Below, in pieces: positions 6,483-16,460 of a DNA stretch of 25,394 nt. The position numbers were made by a program, and so were the translations under genes. Origin of the DNA: a virus. The stretch's first letter is position 1. Each line of letters begins with the position of its first letter. The notes beneath the pieces are model-generated. The model was not told the origin of the DNA. It did not search any database and saw only the letters and a program-made list of their open reading frames with translations. The stretch lies in the UHGV virus genome UHGV-1498341; one strand, given 5' to 3'.

Positions 6483-8054
6483 CTATGCCTGTGTTAATGT
6501 ATATATGATTTTCATAGTTTTATCTTCAGTTTTTGTTAATACTGTCTCCTGATTATTAATTGTGCCTAAGTATGCTGAAACTATTAAAGGAACATATAAC
6601 TTTAAATCTGAAGAGCTACTATGCATATTCATCTCAATATAAGGACTAGGTATTAAATCATTGTTATCAATTAAACAATGATTTAAATATAAATGTATGC
6701 TATTATTAATCATAAAAGGATGTGTCTGCATAGTTCCATCATCGTCTATTAAAAACCAAGCAAAACCTCCAGTTCCGTCTGGTGCTACGTAGCAAAGACT
6801 ACCCCTGTATTCCTTAAAAAATCCACCAAGACCTAAATCATAATATCCTCCTTTTCTATTAGTGCCTGCAAGTAAAGTAATCATCTTACTTGTAAGAGCT
6901 ATATCTTTAAAAGTATAAGTTCCATCAAAATTTACGACCCAAACTCTTAACTTATTTGGTCTTGTATTTAAATCAGAGAAATTAAACTGTCCAGTTATAA
7001 TATATAACTTATCATTATGAATTATTTTATCTTGACTATTTAAACAATTTAGCTTACCTGTTTTACCAAAATATGCAGTTATTGCAGAGTTAATATTACT
7101 TGCAGGTATTGTAATTCTTTCTGCTACTCCATTGCCTGAATACTTTACAATTTTAAACTCTGAGTAACTTCCATCACCATCTTGACAAAAAGCATGGTCT
7201 TTAGTTGTGTAAGGTATATCTCTATATACTTCTATACCTGTATTAATAACTTCTGATGATTTTATATTTCCGTAATTGAAGCCATCAACTAAGCCTAAGC
7301 CAAACTTCTCCTTTGCTAAAACCTTAGAAATATTTTGTTTGTTATCATTACCTCTGTAAACTACGTGTAAATAATCACCATCTAACCATGCACACTTTCC
7401 TTTATTACTATCCCAACCTTTAGCATTTACTAAAGCGCCATTAGTATGATAACTTAAGTCTGCTTCTATAGATGTATCCCAAAAATTATCAGAATAAAAA
7501 TCCCTTAAACTTAAACCTTTAAGAGAATCTTCCTTTGCGTCACAACCATAACCTACTGCTCCACCACAATCAGATGTTAGACAAATGCTAGCTATGTCTC
7601 CATTGCATTGGTCTGTATTAAAATCCCAAACAAATTTTACATAGTCTGTTCCAACCTCAGACTCTCCTGCATTTATACTACCCCTGAAAGTATTACCTGT
7701 ATTAGATGCCGACTGATTGGCACAACCAATAAAAGTCTTAATCTCTTCAATGCTAGGTAAACAATGGTCTACGTCCTCAGTAATAGGTTTTGAGAAAACT
7801 AAAACTCCACCATATAATGCTTGAGCAAAATTTTTACCTGTCGGTAACTGATATAAGCTTTCTACATACCCCATACTACCAGCCCACATATTGCCTGAGG
7901 CTAATTGATTAAATGCCCCACCTAAAGCATTTCTAACAGCATTAGTAACCAAGTTTGTCTTGGTTACCTCATCTGTCAATTTTCCAGTTTTTGCATCGAA
8001 TAACTGAATAGTTGTTTTTCCTTTTAACATATAATCACCTCTAACTTTGGTCAT
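6483..8054 (-). CDS. receptor-binding / tail fiber protein
   Basis: 523 aa. The last tail gene before the holin. Gly/Asn-rich, beta-rich composition. Confidence 0.45.
   Translation of the reverse strand: MTKVRGDYMLKGKTTIQLFDAKTGKLTDEVTKTNLVTNAVRNALGGAFNQLASGNMWAGSMGYVESLYQLPTGKNFAQALYGGVLVFSKPITEDVDHCLPSIEEIKTFIGCANQSASNTGNTFRGSINAGESEVGTDYVKFVWDFNTDQCNGDIASICLTSDCGGAVGYGCDAKEDSLKGLSLRDFYSDNFWDTSIEADLSYHTNGALVNAKGWDSNKGKCAWLDGDYLHVVYRGNDNKQNISKVLAKEKFGLGLVDGFNYGNIKSSEVINTGIEVYRDIPYTTKDHAFCQDGDGSYSEFKIVKYSGNGVAERITIPASNINSAITAYFGKTGKLNCLNSQDKIIHNDKLYIITGQFNFSDLNTRPNKLRVWVVNFDGTYTFKDIALTSKMITLLAGTNRKGGYYDLGLGGFFKEYRGSLCYVAPDGTGGFAWFLIDDDGTMQTHPFMINNSIHLYLNHCLIDNNDLIPSPYIEMNMHSSSSDLKLYVPLIVSAYLGTINNQETVLTKTEDKTMKIIYTLTQA
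6799..6807 (-). repeat. motif copy (exact), in the receptor-binding protein
   Basis: Reads EYRGSL (frame 2). Confidence 0.8.
7678..7686 (-). repeat. motif copy (exact), in the receptor-binding protein
   Basis: Reads TFRGSI (frame 2). Confidence 0.8.
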
Positions 8055-8055
8055 T

Positions 8056-9813
8056 TTACTCTTTATTTATAACTGAATTGAAACCTAATACATTAATAAC
8101 ATTTGGTAAACTTATAAGAGCAACCTCATCAGTTAACTCGTATCTACCTGTCCATTTAGGTTCAGAAGCTTTAACACCTGATGCATTGATAATTAACTCT
8201 GCATCTAATGTAGCAATATCTAATGTTGCAGTATCTAGTGACTTTACATAAATATTTAGTGAATGCTGCATGTCCTCTTCTACTGGGTCTAGACCAATGT
8301 CAAATGATGCAGTAAAGTAACCCTCATTGTGCAAAGTGTATCTGGGCTTAATAGGGTGTGCTACATTATCATAAACAATATTAAATTGTATATTACCTAC
8401 CCCTGTAATATTACAAACAGCTACAAAACTAGCCATAGCTCCAATACCACTATTTAACAATATAAGACTATTAAATAGTTTAACCTCTTTTCCTGCACCA
8501 ACAGAAACATCTTTAGTTAAAAACTGTGTATAATAAGAAGATACTAGAGCAGATGAACCACCTGTAGATGTCTTAAAACTAGAAGATGACTTATTACCAT
8601 AAGCTGACTCCAAATCATATTTATTGCAACTCATTGAATCGAAAGTATTAAAGCTACTTTCGATATTACATAGTATAACATTATTATACGATTTTGTCAA
8701 TATATTTTTCGTTTTGTTATCTACATAAGCTTTGGTAAACTTAATACAATCTCCTAAATCCAACTCAGGTCTATGGTCGATTTCAAAGTCACCACCGTCA
8801 AACTTAATGCCTTGGCAAGATAATAACATATTATTTATACATCTTGTTACTACTTTATCAAGCTCTTTTGAGTCTGCTGGCTGGATACCCCTGAGAAATG
8901 GATTTTCAGAAAAGAATAACTTAATCAAATTTTCACTAGCTGAGGTTTTATTTTTAACTGAGTAATCAAATCCAGCAACTGATGTAGATATTTCATTTAC
9001 TTCGTATTCAACCTCACCCATACTGTAATCGTAAACTCTGTTCTCATCTAGTGAAGCTACCAATGTGTTGTTGTAGTTTACAAGGTCAAGCTCACCATTT
9101 CTATTGATAATTACAAAACCACCAGCTAAAATTGAAAGGTAACCTAAAGCATTTCTATATGAATCCACAGAACCGTCATTACCTATAGAAAATAAAACAT
9201 CCTTATTGTAAATCCTGCTTTCTATATCACTTGCTACAGTTAGCTTATATAAATCAGTTGAACATGATTTACAGAACAATGTGAATAAGTCAAGTATGTT
9301 TCTATATCCTTGTGTTAAGATAATTCCATCGTTGTAAGAAATATCAGTAGAGAAAGCTAGCATAGAATCATACAACTCTAAATTACACGAATAGTCTGAG
9401 TTTTCAACATTACTCACATAGAAGTAACCATTTTTAACCTTACCAGTGAGATTTTCAGAGCCATCAGTATTAATTGAATAATCTAAATCACTTTGATTTA
9501 TATCATCTACTTTAAGCCATTCATTATACTCAAAACAAATATCTTTTCGCAACAGCCCTGCTTCTAGCAATCTATCTACCCCTGATGGAGTTAAAGACAT
9601 TGTAAGTTTTGAACTACATACACCACCTAAAGTAAAATAACTATTGCTTGTAGCCTGACGAGATAACTTTAAACTGTCGGACTCTACATCAGCAGGTGTA
9701 AGTGTAATTAGAGTAGTAGCATCTTTATTTAGTTTTACATTTAACTTAAATGTAAAGTCTTTTGTATCATCACTACTTATTTTATCAATATACTTTTGGT
9801 TTACACTATACAT
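8056..9813 (-). CDS. tail-associated / baseplate protein (Tal or prophage tail endopeptidase-like)
   Basis: 585 aa. Second gene after the tape measure gene. Assigned by synteny. Confidence 0.5.
   Translation of the reverse strand: MYSVNQKYIDKISSDDTKDFTFKLNVKLNKDATTLITLTPADVESDSLKLSRQATSNSYFTLGGVCSSKLTMSLTPSGVDRLLEAGLLRKDICFEYNEWLKVDDINQSDLDYSINTDGSENLTGKVKNGYFYVSNVENSDYSCNLELYDSMLAFSTDISYNDGIILTQGYRNILDLFTLFCKSCSTDLYKLTVASDIESRIYNKDVLFSIGNDGSVDSYRNALGYLSILAGGFVIINRNGELDLVNYNNTLVASLDENRVYDYSMGEVEYEVNEISTSVAGFDYSVKNKTSASENLIKLFFSENPFLRGIQPADSKELDKVVTRCINNMLLSCQGIKFDGGDFEIDHRPELDLGDCIKFTKAYVDNKTKNILTKSYNNVILCNIESSFNTFDSMSCNKYDLESAYGNKSSSSFKTSTGGSSALVSSYYTQFLTKDVSVGAGKEVKLFNSLILLNSGIGAMASFVAVCNITGVGNIQFNIVYDNVAHPIKPRYTLHNEGYFTASFDIGLDPVEEDMQHSLNIYVKSLDTATLDIATLDAELIINASGVKASEPKWTGRYELTDEVALISLPNVINVLGFNSVINKE
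8397..8405 (-). repeat. motif copy (exact), in the Tal-like gene
   Basis: Reads NITGVGN (frame 1). Confidence 0.8.
9576..9584 (-). repeat. motif copy (exact), in the Tal-like gene
   Basis: Reads TPSGVDR (frame 1). Confidence 0.8.
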
Positions 9814-9825
9814 CTAACCACCACC

Positions 9826-10230
9826 TTAAAACTCTACAAATGTCATCGTTGTAGTCCAAAAAGCTTCATCTTCGCCATCAATATTAATCATTGTATACTC
9901 CATATTAGCATCACGATACATAGTCTTTGTCGCAAAGCCACCCTTACTCTTAGGGTCTAGAAATTGTAAAGAAAAAGAATCATCCTCACCTGCTGCTATT
10001 AACTTTACTAATTCATCCCAAGAAATTCTATCCCAAGAAACTTCAACAGTATAAGCTGTTGTCTTACCACCACGAATACGATTACGAGTAAGATACCCAG
10101 CAGTTGAACGTTTTGAGTCTAAGTCTACATCACCAGTAGATACCTTGTAGGTTGATGGCGGAATAACTCCGCCACCATTACCTACAACTAAACCATTACC
10201 AAATTTAATAACTGTTCCATTGTAAGCCAT
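9826..10230 (-). CDS. minor tail protein (small Dit- or gpM-like)
   Basis: 134 aa immediately after the tape measure gene. Shorter than typical Dit proteins, hence the low confidence. Confidence 0.4.
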   Translation of the reverse strand: MAYNGTVIKFGNGLVVGNGGGVIPPSTYKVSTGDVDLDSKRSTAGYLTRNRIRGGKTTAYTVEVSWDRISWDELVKLIAAGEDDSFSLQFLDPKSKGGFATKTMYRDANMEYTMINIDGEDEAFWTTTMTFVEF

Positions 10231-10241
10231 ATCTATACCTC

Positions 10242-13200
10242 CTAAAAGTTACCTGTCTTTGTAGCATTACCATTAACAGTATTTATTATATAACTTGATA
10301 ACTTATTATTTTTATCAAGATATACATTAACCTGAATAGGTTTATTACTAGAACCTATGTTTCCAGTAGCTAACTTAGAATAAATGTTTCCGACTGAACG
10401 AACTACCCCTGAGACGTCAGAAGCACTAGCATATGCTGCTTCAAGATTAGCTCTACCAACTGATGGATTTACTACTAAACTAGACTGTAGGTTAATCATT
10501 TCTCTTAGGTTATCAAACTTACTAGCTACATAATCAAAAGCCATATCAGTTTGTCTCATCAAAGAATCATACATACCATCAAATTTACCTACTGGTATTA
10601 ATGAGTTTGCATCTAACTGGCTGTTTTCAAATTCACCTGAAAGTGATGAGCACATATTACCAATAGCATTAGTAGCGACTTTAGCGTTTGACTCTACCCC
10701 TAAAGCCACACCTTCAGGTATAAATGATGCAAGCGACTTAAATACTCTCGAAGGTGAATGAATACCTAAAGCATCTTTAAAGTTTGTAATCACATTATTT
10801 GCGAAACTACGAATACCAGTAAACACACCTGCCTGCTTTTTATCATCGCTAATACCAGCATTTATGCCATCAATAACATTAGCACCTGCTGATTTACCTG
10901 CCTCGTAAGCTTTAATAGTATTTTCGGCAGTAGACTTAGAAACTAAAGAAATCATAGCTTCCATTGTAGATGTATCTGTATTTAAAGCACTAGACATACT
11001 AGATGTTAAAGAACCACCAACAGCTAAACCTTTTGCAAATGCATTTGTATTTTCATCTGCTGTTGCTCGAGCAACTAGATTTGCCTCACTAGTTTGTAAA
11101 CTAGTATCTGTAGCTAATAATGAAGTAGCTCCTGATGTAATGTTACTAGCTACCCCTGCTCCTTTTGACTTTGCCAAAGTATTACTATCTGAAGTAGCAT
11201 CACTAACTAAACTACTTGTAGCAGTATCGACAGATGTATCAGCATTAAGTATCGATGCTACACCTGCTGTAAGGTTTGAACCAACTGTGCTACCTTTTGT
11301 CTTAGCACTTACATTTGTCTCACTTGTTGCATCAGTAACTAAACTGCTAGTAGCATTATCTACAGTAGAATCTGCAAATAAAGCTGCTGAAACTCCTGTG
11401 GTAAGGTTTGTAGCTACCCCTGAACCTTTCTCTGTAGCACCAGTATTTGCATCTGAAGTAGCATCACTTACTAAATTTGCGACAGACGTATCTACAGTAG
11501 TATCTGAACCTACAGTTTCATTTACCTTATCTAAAAGATTTTTAGATAACTGCTCACCTGCATTAGACCAAGTAAGAGTTAACTCATTTACTTCATCAGC
11601 ACTAAACTTTGTATTTTGCTTTAACTTAGAGAAGTTTTCATCTAATGCATTAAATTGAATATCATTTAGAGAATCTATTGTGTCTACAGTAGACTCAAAT
11701 TCAAGAGATAAATCCTGCGCTAAAGAATAAACATTATCAAATGCTGCACTCTTATCTTCAAATTCAGCATTATTATAATCATCAATAGCTTTCTTCAAAT
11801 TTTTAAACTGAGTAGAACCTCCTGCTCCAGCCTTTTCCAATCTATTCAGATATTCAGTTAAATCTTCAATAGAGGTCTTAGTATCTTCGCCAAAGCTAAT
11901 ATCATCTACTAATGTAGAAATATTATCGTAAGTTCCCTGCAATTGTTTAAGTTTATCTCTATATTCTTGTAAATTAGAATAAGCACTTGGGTCAACAGAT
12001 AAAGTTATTGTACCCTTTAAATCTTCTCTCATACCATCAAGAATATCTTCAGTAGCAACAGTTTGGTCTAGTCCATCTTTTACACCATCTACTAAAGTCT
12101 TACCTAATGATATAGCCATTGCTAAAATTGCACCTTTAAGTCCAAACTTTGCTGCATTTGCAACTGTAAATACACCACCAAGACCTCCAGTTCCTATAAT
12201 TGTAGGTGCTCCTCCTAATAGTGAACTAGCTAAACTACTTACAATACTACTACCTAATAAACCTATTCCTAATCTAGGGATATTACTCCGTAATCTAACA
12301 CCAAACAAAAGACCAAATGCCTTTATTAAGTATCCCTCACCCTCAGTAGAACTTAATCCGTCAGAAATACCCTTAATAATTGAAATGCCTAAATCCAACC
12401 GATTTATCTTACTAATAGTCTCACCTATTAAGTTAAAGATATTAGTTATTGCTGAAGTAATACCACTAGCTAAATTTTCAACACTACCATCATCAACTGC
12501 TCCATTAATAGCGTCTGCTATGTCAGTGGATAAAGTATCTGTATCAATATCTCCAATTGTATGGAATATTGTAGCAAATAAATTCAGTATTGCTGATACA
12601 GCCTTACTTAACTTAGAGCTATCAATACCTTGAATAGCTGTATTGATTGTTGTTACTACCCCTGATGCTATTGAGTCTAATGTATCCTCGTTACCAATAC
12701 TTGAAGCTATTACATCAAAAGCAAGATTGAGTAAACCTGCAATATTATTACCTATTTCCTCAGCACCACCGTTACCGAATAATCTTTCTACAGCTCCGTC
12801 AATGAAATCTTTTATAGCAGTTCCTATCTCATTTCCTAAATCCTGCTCCTTTGCTTTTTCAATGAAACCTGCAAGGATATCCATAGCAGACCTAAAGCCT
12901 GTAACGAAAGCCTTTCCTACTTCTTCCCATTTAGTTTCAGTAGCTAAACCGTAAAAGAAGTCTGAAATTTTTGCACCTGTCTTACTTAAAAGGTCCTTTT
13001 TAACTGCCTGTTCATATAAATCATTTATTGAGTAAGCAATAAGATTAATACCTGCTCCAAATGTCTGACCAAGTTTTTTAGTATCATAATCTAGCAAACC
13101 ATCATAGAAATCAGTTAAAGCATCATTGAAATTATGAATACCTGTCTTTAACTTTGGGTCAGTCAACTTATCATAAATAGTATCAGTTATATTATTTAAT

Positions 13201-15425
13201 TGTTTAGCTAAAGACTTACCAGCTTCATTCCATTTTTTATCTTTCAATAAATTGAAAAACTCATCAAACCATTTTTCAAGTGGTGTCTTTTCAATGTCTG
13301 GTGCTTTTGTTAAACTAGCCCAATCTAAAGGCTTTATGCCTGCTCCTACCCCTGAAGCTCCTCCACCAGCTCCTCCACCAGCTCCTGAGCCACTACTTGA
13401 AGATATATTATTAAGTTTATCAAAGCCTTGTAAGTTATCAGCTGCTTCTTTAGCTGCTTTTCCTGTCTTATCTAAAGCCTTAGACTCATTACCTAAAGCG
13501 TCAGCAGTATCGTCAATATATCCTGCGGCTGAGTCATCAAATATTGTTCCTTTAGCCCCACCTGTCAAGGCTTTAATAGAGTCTGAGTCAAAACCAAATA
13601 AACTAGCTAAAGCTGTAAAAGCATTAATAGCCGCACCAACAATCTGATTTAGAATCCTTACAACTGGCAATAAAGTCTTTACAAAGTATCCACCAACTAT
13701 TGATGCTAAAGACATAAACTGTGATTTTAATAATCTTATCTGGTTAGCCCATGTAAACTGTGTACGAGCAAAATCACCCTGAGCCTGTGAAGCTGACTCG
13801 ACAATATAATTGTATCTAAGAGTAATCCTAGAAGCCTGATCCATATCTTTGTATGCTGTTTGAATACCTTTAGACATACGATAAAGCTCAAGATTTGTAG
13901 CAGATACGTTTATACCGTAAGTCCTTAATGCTGCTGCATTACCTGCTAATCCTGCTTGTAGCTTCTTAAAGAATACATCCTGGTCTACATCATAGAATGA
14001 TGCTAAATCACCAGTCATTTTTGTAAGATTTTCAGAAAAGCTTGCTAACTCATTGCTTGCAATACCTGATGCGCTTAATATACCACCAAATGTAGCTGAA
14101 AACTTAGTAGCTGAATTTTCAGTTAAACCAAAGTCCCTTGCTGATGTTCGTGCAAACTCAGTTACAGCGTTTGCGCTCTCACCAAATACATATTGTAATC
14201 TATTTTGAGCCTCAGTCAATTCAGAACTTAAACCTATTGCAGTCTTAAAGCCCTTTGCTACCCCTGCTCCTAAAATCAAAGACCTTAACTGCTGAGCTAC
14301 CCCTGAAGATGATGAAGATGAAAATATTGACTTAAACTTTTCACCTATACCATTCAATACAGAAGTAAAAGCACTTTTCAGATAACTCGCAGATTTTGTA
14401 ATAACTGTCTTTGAGATATTATAAACGTCATTAAAAGACTTTTTAGCAATACTACCTAACTCTTTAAAGCCTGATTTAAGTCTATCAGCAATATTAGATT
14501 GTAACTGTTGACCTAACTGATTATACTGTCCTTGTAGTGCCGATATATCCTGCTGTAAACTTGGTGGCAATATGCTTGACTGCGAACTAACTCTGTTCTG
14601 TAAATCAGATATTTGTGAGCCTAAAGCTCTATATTCACCGACAAGAGTTGATGTCTTTGTAGCTGAATCATTAGTTTTTTCAACCAAACTATTAAAAGAA
14701 TTTGTTAATACATTTAACTCGTTTCTAAAACCATTCAGCTTATTAACATCAAATGCGTGTGCATTCGCATTACTTTGGTCTACTGCTGCTTTAGTAGTAT
14801 TTGTATATAATTTATAACCTTCAGCTAAATTTTTATTAAACTCTGCATCTGATGTTGCACTTTGTTTAATACTTTGACTCATCATATTGCTTAAAGGTAT
14901 AGTCCTTATATACGTTTTCTCTATTTCTGGTAGTGTCTTTACCATTGCATTTAATTCTGCAAATTGTCCTTTTGAAACTGAACCTGGTGAATATGTATTT
15001 AATATCTGTGCAAATGATTTATACCTATTAATTAATCCTTCAAGTTCAGAAGTAGCTGTCTTTATTCCATCTGGTAATACTGCTCCAGTTTTTGCTGTCG
15101 TCTGGAGACTTTCATACCCTGCCTTTATTTTACCAAAATATAGACTAGCTGTATCTAGCTTACTTAATTCATCGTATGCACCCTTAAATAAGTCCTTATT
15201 AACAGTATTTTTCAATGATAAAAATTTACCTTCTAACTCATTGACTTTTGATACTGCTTTATCTAGTTTACCCAAGTCAGTTGTATTTTGTGATAAATTA
15301 TATAAATACTTATAAGCTTGTTTAAGATTCAAAGCTGCTTTCTCAAACTCATAAGTAGCTTTATCAATTTTACCACTTTTAAAGTCTGTCTCTATATTTG
15401 CTCTAATGTCTACATTAACAGCCAT
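10242..15425 (-). CDS. tail tape measure protein
   Basis: 1727 aa. Coiled-coil N-terminus, a Gly-rich segment and 4 tandem 44-aa Ser/Thr/Ala-rich repeats. Size and position are unmistakable. Predicts a tail of roughly 250 nm. Confidence 0.9.
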   Translation of the reverse strand: MAVNVDIRANIETDFKSGKIDKATYEFEKAALNLKQAYKYLYNLSQNTTDLGKLDKAVSKVNELEGKFLSLKNTVNKDLFKGAYDELSKLDTASLYFGKIKAGYESLQTTAKTGAVLPDGIKTATSELEGLINRYKSFAQILNTYSPGSVSKGQFAELNAMVKTLPEIEKTYIRTIPLSNMMSQSIKQSATSDAEFNKNLAEGYKLYTNTTKAAVDQSNANAHAFDVNKLNGFRNELNVLTNSFNSLVEKTNDSATKTSTLVGEYRALGSQISDLQNRVSSQSSILPPSLQQDISALQGQYNQLGQQLQSNIADRLKSGFKELGSIAKKSFNDVYNISKTVITKSASYLKSAFTSVLNGIGEKFKSIFSSSSSSGVAQQLRSLILGAGVAKGFKTAIGLSSELTEAQNRLQYVFGESANAVTEFARTSARDFGLTENSATKFSATFGGILSASGIASNELASFSENLTKMTGDLASFYDVDQDVFFKKLQAGLAGNAAALRTYGINVSATNLELYRMSKGIQTAYKDMDQASRITLRYNYIVESASQAQGDFARTQFTWANQIRLLKSQFMSLASIVGGYFVKTLLPVVRILNQIVGAAINAFTALASLFGFDSDSIKALTGGAKGTIFDDSAAGYIDDTADALGNESKALDKTGKAAKEAADNLQGFDKLNNISSSSGSGAGGGAGGGASGVGAGIKPLDWASLTKAPDIEKTPLEKWFDEFFNLLKDKKWNEAGKSLAKQLNNITDTIYDKLTDPKLKTGIHNFNDALTDFYDGLLDYDTKKLGQTFGAGINLIAYSINDLYEQAVKKDLLSKTGAKISDFFYGLATETKWEEVGKAFVTGFRSAMDILAGFIEKAKEQDLGNEIGTAIKDFIDGAVERLFGNGGAEEIGNNIAGLLNLAFDVIASSIGNEDTLDSIASGVVTTINTAIQGIDSSKLSKAVSAILNLFATIFHTIGDIDTDTLSTDIADAINGAVDDGSVENLASGITSAITNIFNLIGETISKINRLDLGISIIKGISDGLSSTEGEGYLIKAFGLLFGVRLRSNIPRLGIGLLGSSIVSSLASSLLGGAPTIIGTGGLGGVFTVANAAKFGLKGAILAMAISLGKTLVDGVKDGLDQTVATEDILDGMREDLKGTITLSVDPSAYSNLQEYRDKLKQLQGTYDNISTLVDDISFGEDTKTSIEDLTEYLNRLEKAGAGGSTQFKNLKKAIDDYNNAEFEDKSAAFDNVYSLAQDLSLEFESTVDTIDSLNDIQFNALDENFSKLKQNTKFSADEVNELTLTWSNAGEQLSKNLLDKVNETVGSDTTVDTSVANLVSDATSDANTGATEKGSGVATNLTTGVSAALFADSTVDNATSSLVTDATSETNVSAKTKGSTVGSNLTAGVASILNADTSVDTATSSLVSDATSDSNTLAKSKGAGVASNITSGATSLLATDTSLQTSEANLVARATADENTNAFAKGLAVGGSLTSSMSSALNTDTSTMEAMISLVSKSTAENTIKAYEAGKSAGANVIDGINAGISDDKKQAGVFTGIRSFANNVITNFKDALGIHSPSRVFKSLASFIPEGVALGVESNAKVATNAIGNMCSSLSGEFENSQLDANSLIPVGKFDGMYDSLMRQTDMAFDYVASKFDNLREMINLQSSLVVNPSVGRANLEAAYASASDVSGVVRSVGNIYSKLATGNIGSSNKPIQVNVYLDKNNKLSSYIINTVNGNATKTGNF
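10404..10412 (-). repeat. motif copy (exact), in the tape measure gene
   Basis: Reads SGVVRSV (frame 1). Confidence 0.8.
11150..11158 (-). repeat. motif copy (exact), in tape measure repeat unit 3
   Basis: Reads KGAGVASN (frame 1). Confidence 0.8.
11414..11422 (-). repeat. motif copy (exact), in tape measure repeat unit 1
   Basis: Reads KGSGVATN (frame 1). Lies 264 bp, two repeat units, from the copy at 11150. Confidence 0.8.
12656..12664 (-). repeat. motif copy (exact), in the tape measure gene
   Basis: Reads IASGVVTT (frame 1). Confidence 0.8.
13346..13354 (-). repeat. motif copy (exact), in the tape measure gene
   Basis: Reads GASGVGAG (frame 1). Confidence 0.8.
13356..13385 (-). repeat. 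15-bp direct repeat (gctcctccaccagct x2) encoding the Gly-rich tape measure segment
   Basis: gctcctccaccagctcctccaccagctcct encodes GAGGGAGGGASG. Confidence 0.6.
14258..14266 (-). repeat. motif copy (exact), in the tape measure gene
   Basis: Reads GAGVAKG (frame 1). Confidence 0.8.
14297..14305 (-). repeat. motif copy (exact), in the tape measure gene
   Basis: Reads SSSGVAQQ (frame 1). Lies 39 bp from the previous copy. Confidence 0.8.
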
Positions 15426-15458
15426 ATATTAAACCTCCTAACTTATATTTAATATATT

Positions 15459-15485
15459 AAAAAAGGAGAGCAAATATGCTCCCCT
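15459..15485 (-). terminator. rho-independent terminator 30 bp upstream of the tape measure start codon
   Basis: Minus-strand RNA: aggggagca-uauu-ugcucuccu (9-bp stem with one G-U pair) followed by UUUUU, then RBS taggaggt and the tape measure ATG. Confidence 0.6.
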
Positions 15486-15627
15486 CTAGAATCTCACGAG
15501 TAATAAATTACTTCTTCAAAACTACCCCTTTATACTGCCTGAATGGAAATACAACTGAGTGCTTCATAATATTTACAGAAAGGGCATAATAACTACAATA
15601 TAAAAGTAATAAGTTTAAAAGATTTTA

Positions 15628-15855
15628 CTACTTAACAGTGTATTTTACCTTGAACTTTCTATTAGTATACTCTGCTACTTTTTTACGAAGTTCATCTTTA
15701 CTATCGAAATTTTCATTTATGAACTCTGCAAAGTTGTTTAATACTAAACAATATATTGAATAACTGCCTTTTTTCTGCTCAGCTATCGTATTGCATACAA
15801 TATCGAAAGCTTTATTGCTCATCTCATATGGTTTATTGTTTATAACACAAAGCAT
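15628..15855 (-). CDS. small hypothetical protein between the chaperone and tape measure genes
   Basis: 75 aa. Starts 2 nt after the upstream stop. Followed by a 200-bp spacer containing a terminator. Confidence 0.4.
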   Translation of the reverse strand: MLCVINNKPYEMSNKAFDIVCNTIAEQKKGSYSIYCLVLNNFAEFINENFDSKDELRKKVAEYTNRKFKVKYTVK

Positions 15856-15857
15856 AA

Positions 15858-16460
15858 CTACTTACCTCCCAACAATTTGTAATAATAAGAGCCAAACTTT
15901 TCCTTTTGCTCTGCAAGATAAGCATCACGCTCTTCCTTTGTAACTTGAGTTTTAATTTTAAACTTTGATTTTAAATCAATATAATACTTTTTAGTGTCAC
16001 CCTTCATTTTAGAAGTATCAGTAGCTCGGTAAGAAATTTTCTGACTCAAAGGACAATCACCAAGATTGTTTAAAAAAGCCATAAACTTAAACCAATGCAT
16101 ATTAGACTTATGTAGGTCTACCCCTGCTACAAGAAAAGCACCATAAATATCAAAAGCATCAAACTGAAAATCAAGATACTTTTCATTAGTCTCATTTATT
16201 TCATCTTCAAGATAGTATACCTCAGACTTACCACAAGATAAGAACCACATCATACCATTGAAAGCTGTTTCAAAGTCAGGAACTTTATCTTTATATAATA
16301 AATCAAAAGCCTTCAATAATTTAATGTCCTCTGGAAATCTTGTATCCTCAGTTAAAAGAGTAAGTGCAATACCAACTCGAAAGCTGGTATTGATAGCACT
16401 ACCCCTGTATTCGGTTGGAAACTGCTCAAGTAAGCAATTATACATCAACCTCACCACCAT
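15858..16460 (-). CDS. tail assembly chaperone T-like segment (possible G-T fusion by recoding, or a separately initiated protein)
   Basis: 200 aa ORF in the +1 frame relative to the G-like ORF. A TAG lies immediately upstream of its first ATG. A GGTGGTGAGG RBS-like sequence sits 8 nt upstream of the second Met (MYNCLL). Confidence 0.5.
   Translation of the reverse strand: MVVRLMYNCLLEQFPTEYRGSAINTSFRVGIALTLLTEDTRFPEDIKLLKAFDLLYKDKVPDFETAFNGMMWFLSCGKSEVYYLEDEINETNEKYLDFQFDAFDIYGAFLVAGVDLHKSNMHWFKFMAFLNNLGDCPLSQKISYRATDTSKMKGDTKKYYIDLKSKFKIKTQVTKEERDAYLAEQKEKFGSYYYKLLGGK
16118..16126 (-). repeat. motif copy (exact), in the T-like chaperone ORF
   Basis: Reads VAGVDLH (frame 1). Confidence 0.8.
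16399..16407 (-). repeat. motif copy (exact), in the T-like chaperone ORF
   Basis: Reads EYRGSAI (frame 2). Confidence 0.8.

Larger units (their letters stand above)
10967..11498 (-). repeat. 4 x ~132-bp imperfect tandem repeats inside the tape measure gene
   Basis: The protein repeat units are TVDTSVANLVSDATSDANTGATEKGSGVATNLTTGVSAALFADS, VDNATSSLVTDATSETNVSAKTKGSTVGSNLTAGVASILNADTS, VDTATSSLVSDATSDSNTLAKSKGAGVASNITSGATSLLATDTS and LQTSEANLVARATADENTNAFAKGLAVGGSLTSSMSSALNTDTS. The DNA units are visibly similar. Confidence 0.75.
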
